A stretch of 63,646 bases of DNA, filler included, from Octopus bimaculoides (lineage: Eukaryota): the NCBI RefSeq assembly GCF_001194135.2. It is 3 parts of 3 records of this genome, joined end to end, with 100 filler letters (N's around TTAATTAATTAA, not from the genome) between each part and the next. Parts side by side here need not be neighbours in the genome. Positions count along the whole stretch, not along the records: positions 18,670 to 39,193 come from NC_068987.1; 2 more parts are not named here. The stretch is one strand, 5' to 3'. Each line of letters starts with the position of its first letter. Positions within the stretch are counted from its first letter, which is position 1. This document shows positions 26,732 to 38,063 of this stretch, in pieces. The translations under genes and the position numbers were made by a program. The notes beneath the pieces are model-generated. The model was not told the DNA's origin. It was given only the letters and a program-made list of their open reading frames with translations, and ran no database searches.

Positions 26732-27283
26732 TATTTATTAGTTGTATACTTTATATATATATATATNNNNNNNNNNTATATATACATACATAATGTGTGT
26801 GTGTGTACAAGATATGGAATTTGAGAAAACAACTAATTCATAAGAGAGATCAAGAAGTTCGAAGAAGTCAATAAGTTCAATTGCCGTGAGTGGTGAAGAA
26901 TTTAACCGTTTCAACACGCAACAACACCACATATCTCTCTTGCTAACTCTTAGATTAAAGGCAAGTGCCTGAAACGCCAGAATTTCCATTTTATACACGA
27001 AGGAAAATGAGCTCTTCTACCGATAAACACAAACACACACACAACACACGCACGCGTAGGTATATGCTCACACACTCATACACACAGATACACACACATG
27101 TGTATGTATTATATTAATCAAGTAAACTACATTTCATTGAGCAATATGCAACCAATCCTGCGTCAATACTGAATATAGATAAATAGGAACCAGAAATACT
27201 CAACGTTTACTCTGTCACGTAGTTAGTCGACGCTTTCAACATAGTTTTTCAAATAAGATGAAAGCAAAACATTTGTTTATCGT

Positions 27284-27668
27284 TGTTGTTGGCACTCCGT
27301 CGCTTACAACGTCGAGGGTTCCAGTTGATCCGATCAACGGAACAGCCTGCTCGTGAAATTAACGTGCAAGTGGCTGAGCACTCCACAGACACGTGTACCC
27401 TTAACGTAGTTCTCGGGGATATTCAGCGTGACACAGTTTGACAAGGCTGACCCTTTGAATTACAGGTACAACAGAAACAGGAAGAAAGAGTGAGAGAAAG
27501 TTGTAGTGAAAGAGTACAGCAAGGTTCGCCACCATACCTTGCCGGAGCCTCGTGGTGCTTTCGGTGTTTTCGCTCAATAAACACTCACAACGCCCGGTTT
27601 GGGAATCGAAACTGCGATTCTATGACCGCGAGTTTACTGGCCTAACCACTGGGCCATTGCGCCTCCAG
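27284..27668 (-). mobile_element. SINE family 2 (head A, pyrimidine-rich middle, tail X), full length with TSD
   Basis: Head GGAGGCGCAATGGCCCAGTGGTTAGG...TTCGATTCCC; tail ...GGAACCCTCGACGTTGTAAGCGACGGAGTGCCAACAAC; 10-bp TSD TGTTTATCGT at 27274-27283 and 27669-27678. Confidence 0.92.
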
Positions 27669-27884
27669 TGTTTATCGTATTAACGAAAGTAACAACAAGA
27701 AAACTTATGAATTTTGATATCGGCATGAAAACAACGAAGTATGAGTGAAAAACAAAATGTATAATTGTCTGGTACATCTATCCCACTATATTACTGGTAC
27801 TTGGAGCAGTAATAATCTAGACGACTGCTACGAATTAATGCTTGAGATAATTGATCGTTTATTCCCATATTTATTTCCTTCATT

Positions 27885-28190
27885 GGAATGCGGCCTTGTT
27901 ACAGCTCACTCTTCAAGTTTGCATTGCATTAAATCGACGCGTTTTTTTTTTATTTTAAGGCCGGTGCTTATTATTGCGATATTTTTTTTAACAAAATCGT
28001 TAAGTTACTGGGACGTAAACAAACCAACGGGATTTGCAAAAACGTCAAAAAGAAGCATATATATATAAAGACGCATACAAAAATAAAATGTCACTAAGAT
28101 TAAAAGTTACTTGCCAAAAGTGGCGAGCGTTGGGACTGAACCACAAACCACGAATCTTCAAAGGCTGACACTAAACCACCAAGCTATAAC
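27885..28190 (-). mobile_element. SINE family 1, old and degenerate
   Basis: Residual AAGTTACTGGGACGTAAACAAACCAAC and ACTTGCCAAAAGTGGCGAGCGTTGGGACTGAACC. Confidence 0.55.
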
Positions 28191-28334
28191 TGCCCTTTAT
28201 ATAATCGCATGAGATCACCGAATTTATCATAAATTACTTTGCAAAGTTTAGGTCGATATCCGGATATAAATTTACTAAGAATCGTGGACATCGCGAACGT
28301 AGTTCGAAGTTGAACTTTATAAAAATAAAGAACA

Positions 28335-28640
28335 AGGTCTCTCTCTCTCTCTCTCTCCCTCTCTCTCTCTCTCCCTCTCTCTCTCTCNNNNNNNNNNNNN
28401 NNNNNNNNNNNNNNNNNNNNNNNNNNNNNNNNNNNNNNNNNNNNNNNNNNNNNNNNNNNNNNNNNNNNNCTCTCCCTCTCTCTCTCCCTCTCTCTCTCTC
28501 TCTCTATCTATCTCTCTTTCTCTATCTCTCTCCCACTTTCCCCCTCTCTCTCTCTCTGTCCCTCTCTCTCTCTGTCCCTCTCTCTCTCTGTCCCTCTCTC
28601 TCTCTGTGTCTCTCTCTCTCTTTCTCTCCCTTTCTCTCTG
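28335..28640. repeat. CT-rich polypyrimidine tract around an N-gap
   Basis: Direct reading of the sequence. Confidence 0.9.
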
Positions 28641-28819
28641 TCTCCCCCTCTCGCACACACACATACTAACACATACAGGCACACATACGTATACACAGAA
28701 ACATCATGAAGTATACTATCGGCTATCATGTTTAATAACAGGATTTAATGAGGGCTGAAGAAGGCGGTGTTCTATATTGCTTCCGCTATGTATGTTGTAA
28801 ACAAGTCTTGTATAATTTA

Positions 28820-29136
28820 GTAAGGACGCGTGGCTTAGTGGTAAGGGCATTCGGCTCACGACCATGAGTTCGATTGCTGGCGACGCGTTGTGTCTTGAGC
28901 AAGACACTTTATTTCACGTTGCTCCGGTCCACTCAGCTGGCAAAAATGAGTAATACCTGTATTTCAAAGAGCTAGTCTTGTCACGCTATGTGTCACGCTG
29001 AGTCCCACTGAGAACTACGTTAGGGGTATACGTGTCTGTGGATTGCTCAGTCCCTCGCACGTTAATTTCATGAGCAGACTGTTCTGTTGATCGGATCAGC
29101 TGGGACCCTCGTCGTCGTAACCGACGGAGTGCTCCT
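28820..29136 (+). mobile_element. Chimeric SINE (head B, CORE-like middle, tail X) with TSD
   Basis: Middle GAGCAAGACACTTTATTTCACGTTGCTCCGGTCCACTCAGCTG; the 3' half matches the family-2 tail; 12-bp TSD TTGTATAATTTA at 28808-28819 and 29137-29148. Confidence 0.88.
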
Positions 29137-29697
29137 TTGTATAATTTAAGGCACATAAATATTTGTCTGATGTGTTCTGAAAGCGGTATCGAAACGAAAC
29201 AACTGTAAAATAGTCTCATATTTATTTTGTATTTTACTCGCAAATATTCATACAAAATCATTCTATCAGATATGTACCTAGATTTGTTCAGCTATGGAAT
29301 ATGGTTTGTGCAATCTCAAAATTTAATACAATTTTAATATGTGGATAGCTGTGGAGTTCATATCAAGTGCTAGATAAGGAATACTCCAGAATTTCTACTA
29401 AACACAAATTTTCTTCATGTGTTTATGTGTGTGTGTGAATACTATTCTGAAAAACATAGGTATTGATGTCGTTTCGTTCTGTTAAACCTCCAAACGCCAT
29501 GTCTCAGCATGGTCGCAGTCCAATGACTTTGAGAAGTTAAAGAATAAAGGAATATATCAAAGTACTACTTGAAATTTCATAAACTATCAGTTTTTTTCTC
29601 GTAAAGCTGTGCCGTTATTAAAGTTTCGGTTATTTAAGGGCAAAACTCCAGTCTGCATCTTGCAATATACACACGCTATTTAAAAAAAAAAAAATCA

Positions 29698-30080
29698 TTC
29701 TTTTACTATTTCACTTGTTTTAGTCAATAGACTAAGGCCATGCTGCAGCACCGCCAGACGCGATTTCAACGAATAAATCGCTCCTGTACTTGCATTTAAA
29801 AACAAAAATACCTGGTAATTATGCTATCGTTCTATTTTGACGAACCGCTATATTACAGGAACGAAAAAAAAACAACTCCAGTGGTCAGTCGCTTGTGGGG
29901 AACAAACACACACACACACATTTACGATAAACTTCTTTTGGATTCCGCCTACCAAATCTATTCACAAGACTTTTAAACCGCATCTGTGACTAGAGTGGTA
30001 AACACTATTGCAAGGTGCCACGCAATGGAACCGAACACAGACCAATGAGGTTGGAAAGCAGACTTCTTACCACAAAGCCA
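29698..30080 (-). mobile_element. SINE family 1, diverged full length
   Basis: Colinear with 3633-4050. A separate plus-strand tail fragment lies at about 29470-29550. Confidence 0.8.
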
Positions 30081-30390
30081 GAAAATTCTGTATTTTAAAT
30101 GACTTTATTTTCCCATTGTTTTCGTACCAAGCCACCTAAAATGTTTCATATTGCCAAAGATTGTTCAGGATATAAAAAAACTGTAATTTGATTATCTATT
30201 TATGAAAGACAGCTAATGGTTAGAGATAGCAACCAAATATCCCTCATGTATCACGCGACCGACTTTAAAGTAATTGAAGTTCGAACATTATATAGTTGCT
30301 ATAATTAAGTGAAATCAGTGAATGTGTTTCACTAGAATTATGTGTTTACCAAAACTTGACAGGCATCTTCAGCCAGCAAGTCATGCTACT

Positions 30391-30431
30391 CCAGGCTGAT
30401 GACGAGCAAAAACTCAGAAACATGTCCCTTG
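30391..30431 (+). ncRNA. Minimal type I hammerhead ribozyme motif
   Basis: CCAGG-CUGAUGA-C-GAG(CAAAAA)CUC-A-GAAA-CAUG-UC/CCUUG. Core intact, palindromic CAUG helix-III loop, GUC triplet (cut after 30426), helix I with 4 of 5 pairs, C-A mismatch at the base of helix II. Confidence 0.7.
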
Positions 30432-31019
30432 ATGCAGGCTTGGCTGGGTGGAGGTGCTTGTCACCCCCTCGTAAACATCAGGAAACAGGAAATGTGTCAA
30501 GGTCGACAGGAAGCGGTGCAGCTTCCTAGGTCTAAATAGCAGAAGCATGATTCCCTTCATGGGACTGTCACGTTAAATTGACAGCATACAACTACTTCAT
30601 CGTATCACTACTGCTTAAGTCTCTTTGAAAGATTTAGAGATCGATCATTTCTAATTCAGGAAAGTTACCATAAAAATGCTTAATATGCTGAATCAGAGTT
30701 GATCTAAACTAAACATCAAAGTGCGGCGTCTATAGACGGGACTTTCTGTATTTTTCAGAAATAACAGTCAGAATCATTCTGAAGCATACCTCCCCCGCTA
30801 CTACTTCCAATCATAACAGATAAGGTCATCATGGGTGAAAATTTATATCATAGGTTTCATGTTTCGGAACTGAATTTGGATTAAATAATATACCGAATAT
30901 ATAGTTACAACGTTAATAGTTATTTTGTTGTGGTCATTGGAGAACTAATTCAAACAAATACACTAAGACAAACGCACACATACTCACACACATACACACA
31001 CACACACACACGCACACAC

Positions 31020-31180
31020 ACGGCAGGCTTCTTTCAGTTTCCGTCTTCCAAATCCACTCAGAAGATTTTGATGCAACGAAGCTATTGTAGAAGACACTTG
31101 CCCAAGGTGCCACGCAGTGGGACTGAAGACGGAACCAAGTGGTTGTGAAACAATCTTCTTGCACAGCTACACCTGCGCCT
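31020..31180 (-). mobile_element. SINE family 1, 5' half
   Basis: GGCTTCTTTCAGTTTCCGTC...CACCTGCGCCTA. Confidence 0.85.
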
Positions 31181-31899
31181 ATATGGCAATGCCTGCGCTT
31201 ATAGGGCAATGCCTGCGCCTGATGTTATTTGTAACCGCATATTGGCTTTTATAAATAGAACAAATTTCTCTTATTTATATCACATGCGAGCGACCTTGGG
31301 CGCGTACAGACACTTTGTGACATGGTGCCAACGGTAAATGTAAACATTATTTAAAATACTTAATAATTGGATAATCTTATTTACACAGATCGATATTCGA
31401 AAGCGTTCAACCGTTTCCATTTTCCATTCCGTCTCTCTTTTTTTTTTCTTTTTCTATCCTGACACAATGAACCCAAGGTAGCATTCGCGTTTCCCTTTTT
31501 CATGCTTTTTTTTTTCGAAAACATGATTCGTGGGTAGAAGATTCAGCTACTCTTTCTAGCTGTTTGAGCGTCCACGTACAAACTCCACTGAGGTTGATTT
31601 GTGATAAGTGTAATATTAATAGTTGGATTATTAGCAATACTTTTCTTAAAAAAAAAAAAAACAGAAAGAAAGAAAAACATATAGAACAAGAATTCTTTAT
31701 TGTCAATTTCTATTGGCTGTGTACACTGAAAGTCTTTGTTTGATCTAGGTCGAAGGTTAAAATATGGGTCAGAGGACAAACCAGATAACACTGATGAACG
31801 ATAAATAGAAGTTAAATATATCCTAATTTAGCGCAATGTCTTTCTGATCAGTCGTCCGTTAAGTCTGCGCAAAACAATGCGTTGAAAATTAAAGTTATT

Positions 31900-32340
31900 T
31901 TGGTTTTTGGTGTTGTTTAACCCCCGGGGTCAACAATGATAGCGCAGACTTACGATTAAAGACGTTCCAACTGTGACCAACATTACCTATTGTTTGAAAC
32001 TTCGTATATCTTGGACTACTTTATCCCCAATGTCCTTCTTTTTCGATGAAAATTTTGTTGGACTTTTCGTTTTATTATTGCTTAACCCCCAGGTCAATCC
32101 TGATAGCGCAGGCCTCTATTTAAAGACTTCATGCTGTGACCATCTTTTGTTTGAAACTTACAATATCTTGAACTAATTTATCCAATCTGTCCTCCCTCTT
32201 TTCTGAAAGACTGTATTATAAGTTCGATGGAAACTCGGCTGGACTTTTCCTTTTTGTTGTGGTTTAACCCCAGGTCAGCCCTGATAACGGCAAACTCGTA
32301 ATCAAAGGCTTTCCGTCTGTGACGTGCCAACCCATATTTT
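31900..32340 (+). repeat. Three diverged tandem units of about 165-182 bp
   Basis: Anchor TTAACCCC..GGTCA at 31917, 32082 and 32264; shared TGTTTGAAACTT..TATCTTG.ACTA.TTTATCC and TGGACTTTTC. Confidence 0.7.
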
Positions 32341-33351
32341 GTTTTGTTATTTAGTGCATCTTAGACCGACTTATTTGATGTATATATTGTATAGTGTGGA
32401 GTCGGTATAATATAATTTGATGGAAATTTGGCTGCTGTTTCTGTGAGGTCGGGCGATGGCGGAGATGATCATTCGTTCACCTACATTGTTAATGCTGTTG
32501 TTTAACCTTAATTTTTCTGTTTGAGCATAAGTGTAATCATAGAAATTACAACATAAGAGCTTCGATATTTTGTTAGGCAATAATTGAATTTAAACTGAAT
32601 CATACAATGCATCTTTTCATAAACGAGAATTTGTGCTTTTAGGGACAGATGACTGCTATCTCTATTACGTCAACTATTCACATTGAAGCACCGTTTGCGA
32701 CGAGTTCTATTGTTGACACGATTGTTGCAAACAGTGAAAGGCAGTTTTTGAACTGTTTAACCCAAAGTAAAGACTGATCGAGAAGACTTAAGATGGAGGC
32801 ATTGTTGAGATGCGAACGTCTTCTATTCGAAATTAAATTACCTTATTTACCTAGAACTAATTTGACTAAAGTGCTTTAGGATTAACAATCTGTCTCTTTA
32901 AATTAAGAATCAAATACCTCCCAAAGCTAATAGGCATCATGTTCAAAATACGAGTAACTATTGAGGAATATTGGCTTACATATACCAAAAGGATGGAATG
33001 GTTTCTGCCAGAAGCGTGTTCGTATATGAGCCTGAATGACAATTTAGTGGAAAGAATTATAAAGGGCCCTAATCCACACCAGCTCTTGAACAACGTATGT
33101 TTATCACCTTCAGATGAGAACTGTACTTTCACTGCCACGTATCTGAAGTCATTGATTTTACGTATCCAAACTAGGTATCATAGATATCTCACCTGTTCTC
33201 ACGAGATCTCACGGGATCTCACTGGATCAAAGCTAAGACACGGGAATACTTACGTACTCAAGAATACACTTTTGTTTATTCACTCAGGAGTAATACTGTA
33301 TGTATGTATGCATGAAAGTGCGTACGTGTGTGTGTGTGTGCATGTATGAAC

Positions 33352-33388
<37 letters not shown>

Positions 33389-33970
33389 NNNNNNNNNNNN
33401 NNNNNNNNNNNNNNNNNNNNNNNNNNNNNNNNNNNNNNNNNNNNNNNNNNNNNNNNNNNNNNNNNNNNNNNNNNNNNNNNNNNNNNNNNNNNNNNNNNNN
33501 NNNNNNNNNNNNNNNNNNNNNNNNNNNNNNNNNNNNNNNNNNNNNNNNNNNNNNNNNNNNNNNNNNNNNNNNNNNNNNNNNNNNNNNNNNNNNNNNNNNN
33601 NNNNNNNNNNNNNNNNNNNNNNNNNNNNNNNNNNNNNNNNNNNNNNNNNNNNNNNNNNNNNNNNNNNNNNNNNNNNNNNNNNNNNNNNNNNNNNNNNNNN
33701 NNNNNNNNNNNNNNNNNNNNNNNNNNNNNNNNNNNNNNNNNNNNNNNNNNNNNNNNNNNNNNNNNNNNNNNNNNNNNNNNNNNNNNNNNNNNNNNNNNNN
33801 NNNNNNNNNNNNNNNNNNNNNNNNNNNNNNNNNNNNNNNNNNNNNNNNNNNNNNNNNNNNNNNNNNNNNNNNNNNNNNNNNNNNNNNNNNNNNNNNNNNN
33901 NNNNNNNNNNNNNNNNNNNNNNNNNNNNNNNNNNNNNNNNNNNNNNNNNNNNNNNNNNNNNNNNNNNNNN

Positions 33971-34030
33971 CGTATCACGTCCTCACTTTGTTGTTTTTTT
34001 GTTATTGTTTTTTGTTTTTTATTTGAACCT
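33971..34030 (+). mobile_element. 3' end of family H1 element (5' part in N-gap)
   Basis: GTATCACGTCCTCACTTTGTTGTTTTTTTG matches the minus strand of 7441-7490; ends in (TA)n. Confidence 0.7.
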
Positions 34031-34649
34031 ATATATATATACATATAAAAATGTATATATGCATATATATATATATGCACACACACAGATACATACATTA
34101 TACACGCACACACACTCATACACACACACGGACACACACAATCGCACACACGCATACATATGCGATACTGCGATACACAGTACATGGACTTGCATATTTA
34201 TATGTGTCTATCTTATGTGTCTGTGTGTGTGCAAGTATGAGCAAATTAAGAGTAAGCGACTGAAAATTTTTGATTGCATGAATTGAAATAACTAAATTAA
34301 ATGCAGTACAAGATAAATCCTGAATTTGTTGAAATGGACTGCATAGAAAAACAAAGAATATAATCCATAATTATAATTTATCCTGATGAGTGCGAGCAGG
34401 AATAACTGTAAGGTGTTTCCAAATCGAAGCCAAGTAACCCATTCATCGCTTTGTACCTCGTCTTCAAATGAGAGATCAGATTGTCTGAGATACTTTGATT
34501 GTGACACGAATTTGTTCTTCGTGTCTTGGATATATTTGGCCTCTCATATACAGTTGTTAACAATTGCTATCAGTGTTTTAAGTCTCTGACATTCAAGATA
34601 ATTTGAATGAAAAACAGCAGATATCCACTGCGTGACTCTTTAGGGAAAC

Positions 34650-34723
<74 letters not shown>

Positions 34724-34819
34724 ACTTACACACACTGACTTACAATCTCATACCAATACACATGCACAGATATGAATTGATATTTATATATCAGTGTGTG
34801 TCTGACTATAGTAAAGACG

Positions 34820-35060
34820 CCCTTCCGTCATCAATGGCCATGGGATTGCACCTAGAAGGTTTCCCTCCGAGGTATAAGTCCGAGCAAGGATGTTTAAAGA
34901 AGGCCAGCAGTCTCCCATGTATATCAGCCTCCGCTCTTCTCGCCACCAATGTTATTCAAGGGGAAGACAATGTCTGATACACCTTGGCACCAGTGGCATC
35001 GCAACTCATTTCGACCGTTCAGTGAACTGGAGTAGCGCGACATATGGTCTCTTCCGAATG
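34820..35060 (-). mobile_element. SINE with CORE-like middle and a different tail (tail Z)
   Basis: CAACTCATTTCGACCGTTCAGTGAACTGGAGTAGCG is the reverse complement of the middle module of 28820-29136, but the 3' part differs. Confidence 0.65.
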
Positions 35061-35097
35061 AACACATCACACTATATATATATATACATACATATAA

Positions 35098-35130
<33 letters not shown>

Positions 35131-35354
35131 TTTATGTATGTATGAATATATATATATATATATATANNNNNNNNNNNNNNNNNNNNNNNNNNNNNNNNNN
35201 NNNNNNNNNNNNNNNNNNNNNNNNNNNNNNNNNNNNNNNNNNNNNNNNNNNNNNNNNNNNNNNNNNNNNNNNNNNNNNNNNNNNNNNNNNNNNNNNTGTA
35301 TGTATGTATGCATATGTATATATGTATACGTGAATATGTATAGATGTATATGAG

Positions 35355-35391
<37 letters not shown>

Positions 35392-35517
35392 ACACACACA
35401 TAGATATTTACATATACAGACGCACACACACATACACCCACACACACACACACACACACATACCCACACACCCACACACACACACATACACATACACACC
35501 TATGCTCATATGCTTGT

Positions 35518-35884
35518 GTGGAGGCGCAATGGCCCAGTGGTTAGGGCAGCGGTCTCGTGGTCCTAAGATCGTTGTTTCGATTCCCAGACCGGGCGTTGTG
35601 AGTATTTATTGAGCGGAAATACCTAAAGCTCCACGAGGTGGTGGCGATCCCTGCTGTGCTCTTTCACCACAATTTTCTCTCACTGTTTCTTCCTGTTTCT
35701 ATTGTACCTGTATTTTAATGCGCCAGTCTTGTCACACTCTGTGTCACACTGAATCCCCTCGAGAACAACTGTAAGGATACGCGTGTCTTTTGAGTGCTCA
35801 ACCACTTGCACGTTAATATCACGAGCAGGCTGTGCTGTTGATTGGATCTGTTGGAACCCTCGCCGTCGTAACCGAAGGTGTGCC
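35518..35884 (+). mobile_element. SINE family 2, full length
   Basis: Colinear with the reverse complement of 27284-27668. Confidence 0.9.
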
Positions 35885-36389
35885 GCGCACACGCTCATAT
35901 ATTTATATACGTAGATGAAAAACCTATATTTTAAAAGTCATAACGAGTTAGTGATGTATATGTTTAGCTTTTATATTTGAGATTAAAAATGTAGGGTTAT
36001 GTTCTGCCCCTGTTGAGGAGCTCTTGTACCAACACAAACTTAAGACAAACATATTGCAGGAAAACATGAAAGACATCTGTTGAGACAGGCGAAGCGTGGG
36101 ATTAGAACACGTGTATGGATATAGAAGTGTGAATAAAGCAATAACTTTCTGCTCACCAACAACAAGTAAATATCACAACACCATCAACCCGAACAAGAGG
36201 AAGGAGAGAAGCCACAACAACAACAAGTGCAAAAAATAAAGAATAAAAACGAACATCCAACAACAGGGGTATTAGTATCGAGTAATGTAAGGTTCAGATC
36301 GCAGCTACTGATAAAGACAGCAGATAAAATCCGAGTTTTCAACATATTAATAACAAACAGCTGCTGAGAATATTTGATACGTTTTCAAC

Positions 36390-36448
36390 AGCAGCAACGA
36401 CAACAACAACAACCTAAGCAACAACAACAAAATCAGCGCAAGAACCAA

Positions 36449-36502
<54 letters not shown>

Positions 36503-36518
36503 TGTAATAATAATAATG

Positions 36519-36598
<80 letters not shown>

Positions 36599-36650
36599 GA
36601 AGAAGAAGAAGGAAGAGAAGAAGGAGAACAACAATAACAACAACGAAACT
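36390..36650. repeat. Compound (CAA)n-(TAA)n-(GAA)n-(CAA)n trinucleotide tract
   Basis: Direct reading; explains the poly-Q/N/K/E ORFs. Confidence 0.95.
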
Positions 36651-37070
36651 GTTTTCGAGCAACAACAAGCCAGCAAATCACCTTCTAAGCTGTTGTTCGA
36701 TATGTTGAAAAGAGCAAAGATGTCTCCCTCAAATCATAGACAAGTTTCAAGCGAAAGAAGCAGATTAGAGATACTGTTTGATTCTATGTCTTTCTTGTGT
36801 GTTCTCATACGAAGACACACACAAAGACACGCACACACAAACACGCACACATGCACACACACATTCTTCTATATATATATATATGTATATACATACATAA
36901 ATATATATGTGCATGTGTCTGCGCGTGTGCGTATGTGTACGCCCGTATGTGTATGTGTGTATATATATATATATATATGGGAGAATGTACGAAAAAAACA
37001 ACAACAGACGAGGACAGGTGGTGTAAACATCATAAGGATGTATTAGTATGATGCTCGGGAATACGGAAAG

Positions 37071-37107
37071 TCTTTAACGTTTCGAGCTACGCTCTTCAAC
37101 AGAAAGA
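37071..37107 (-). ncRNA. Minimal type I hammerhead motif with one core substitution, inside family H1 element 36979-37140
   Basis: UCUUU-CUGUUGA-A-GAGC(GUA)GCUC-GAAA-CG-UU/AAAGA. Perfect 5-bp helix I, 4-bp helix II, palindromic ACGU; core A6 is U. Confidence 0.6.
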
Positions 37108-37724
37108 ATACGGAGACAAGGAGAAAAACACGGAGAAAAAAAATTGAATAGTGTCCAGTCAGCGGTCAATCATAGTATATATATATATNNNNNNNNNNNN
37201 NNNNNNNNNNNNNNNNNNNNNNNNNNNNNNNNNNNNNNNNNNNNNNNNNNNNNNNNNNNNNNNNNNNNNNNNNNNNNNNNNNNNNNNNNNNNNNNNNNNN
37301 NNNNNNNNNNNNNNNNNNNNNNNNNNNNNNNNNNNNNNNNNNNNNNNNNNNNNNNNNNNNNNNNNNNNNNNNNNNNNNNNNNNNNNNNNNNNNNNNNNNN
37401 NNNNNNNNNNNNNNNNNNNNNNNNNNNNNNNNNNNNNNNNNNNNNNNNNNNNNNNNNNNNNNNNNNNNNNNNNNNNNNNNNNNNNNNNNNNNNNNNNNNN
37501 NNNNNNNNNNNNNNNNNNNNNNNNNNNNNNNNNNNNNNNNNNNNNNNNNNNNNNNNNNNNNNNNNNNNNNNNNNNNNNNNNNNNNNNNNNNNNNNNNNNN
37601 NNNNNNNNNNNNNNNNNNNNNNNNNNNNNNNNNNNNNNNNNNNNNNNNNNNNNNNNNNNNNNNNNNNNNNNNNNNNNNNNNNNNNNNNNNNNNNNNNNNN
37701 NNNNNTATATATATATATATGTAT

Positions 37725-37910
37725 ATATTGTTGTATTTCAGGATGGTCATTTTTCTGGCTAAATACACACACACACTCTATATTTGTTTTTCACTTGTTT
37801 ATTAGAGTTCTCAATTTTTTTTTTCAATTTTAACTCATGTCCATTGTCCGGAAATCTTTCATCACACATCTGTGACCTCTTCAGCGACACTTTTCGCTTT
37901 CGTGTGTGCT
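37725..37910 (-). mobile_element. Family H2 short element, single copy, ending in (TA)n
   Basis: The end TATTGTTGTATTTCAGGATGGTCATTTTT is shared with 14715-14742. Confidence 0.7.
37845..37889 (-). ncRNA. Minimal type I hammerhead ribozyme motif
   Basis: UGUCG-CUGAAGA-G-GUCACA(GAUG)UGUGAU-GAAA-GAUU-UC/CGGACA. Core intact, 6-bp helix II, helix I of 5 bp with one bulge. Confidence 0.6.
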
Positions 37911-38014
37911 CTTGTTTCACTGATACCATTCTTTTCTTCTAAGATTTCCTAAAAAAAAGATAAAATTTAAGAACATTAATACACTCGGTTCACATGAGGA
38001 ACACAAATTGATAA

Positions 38015-38063
<49 letters not shown>

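Noticed and set aside
31900-32340. CRISPR-like repeat-spacer reading of regularly spaced motifs
   Set aside because: Eukaryotic context, long diverged units, homologous rather than unique spacers, and no cas genes.
35518-35600. tRNA genes suggested by A/B boxes (also 27590-27668, 47780-47857, 48031-48110)
   Set aside because: They continue into SINE bodies with tails and TSDs and lack a full cloverleaf; these are SINE heads.
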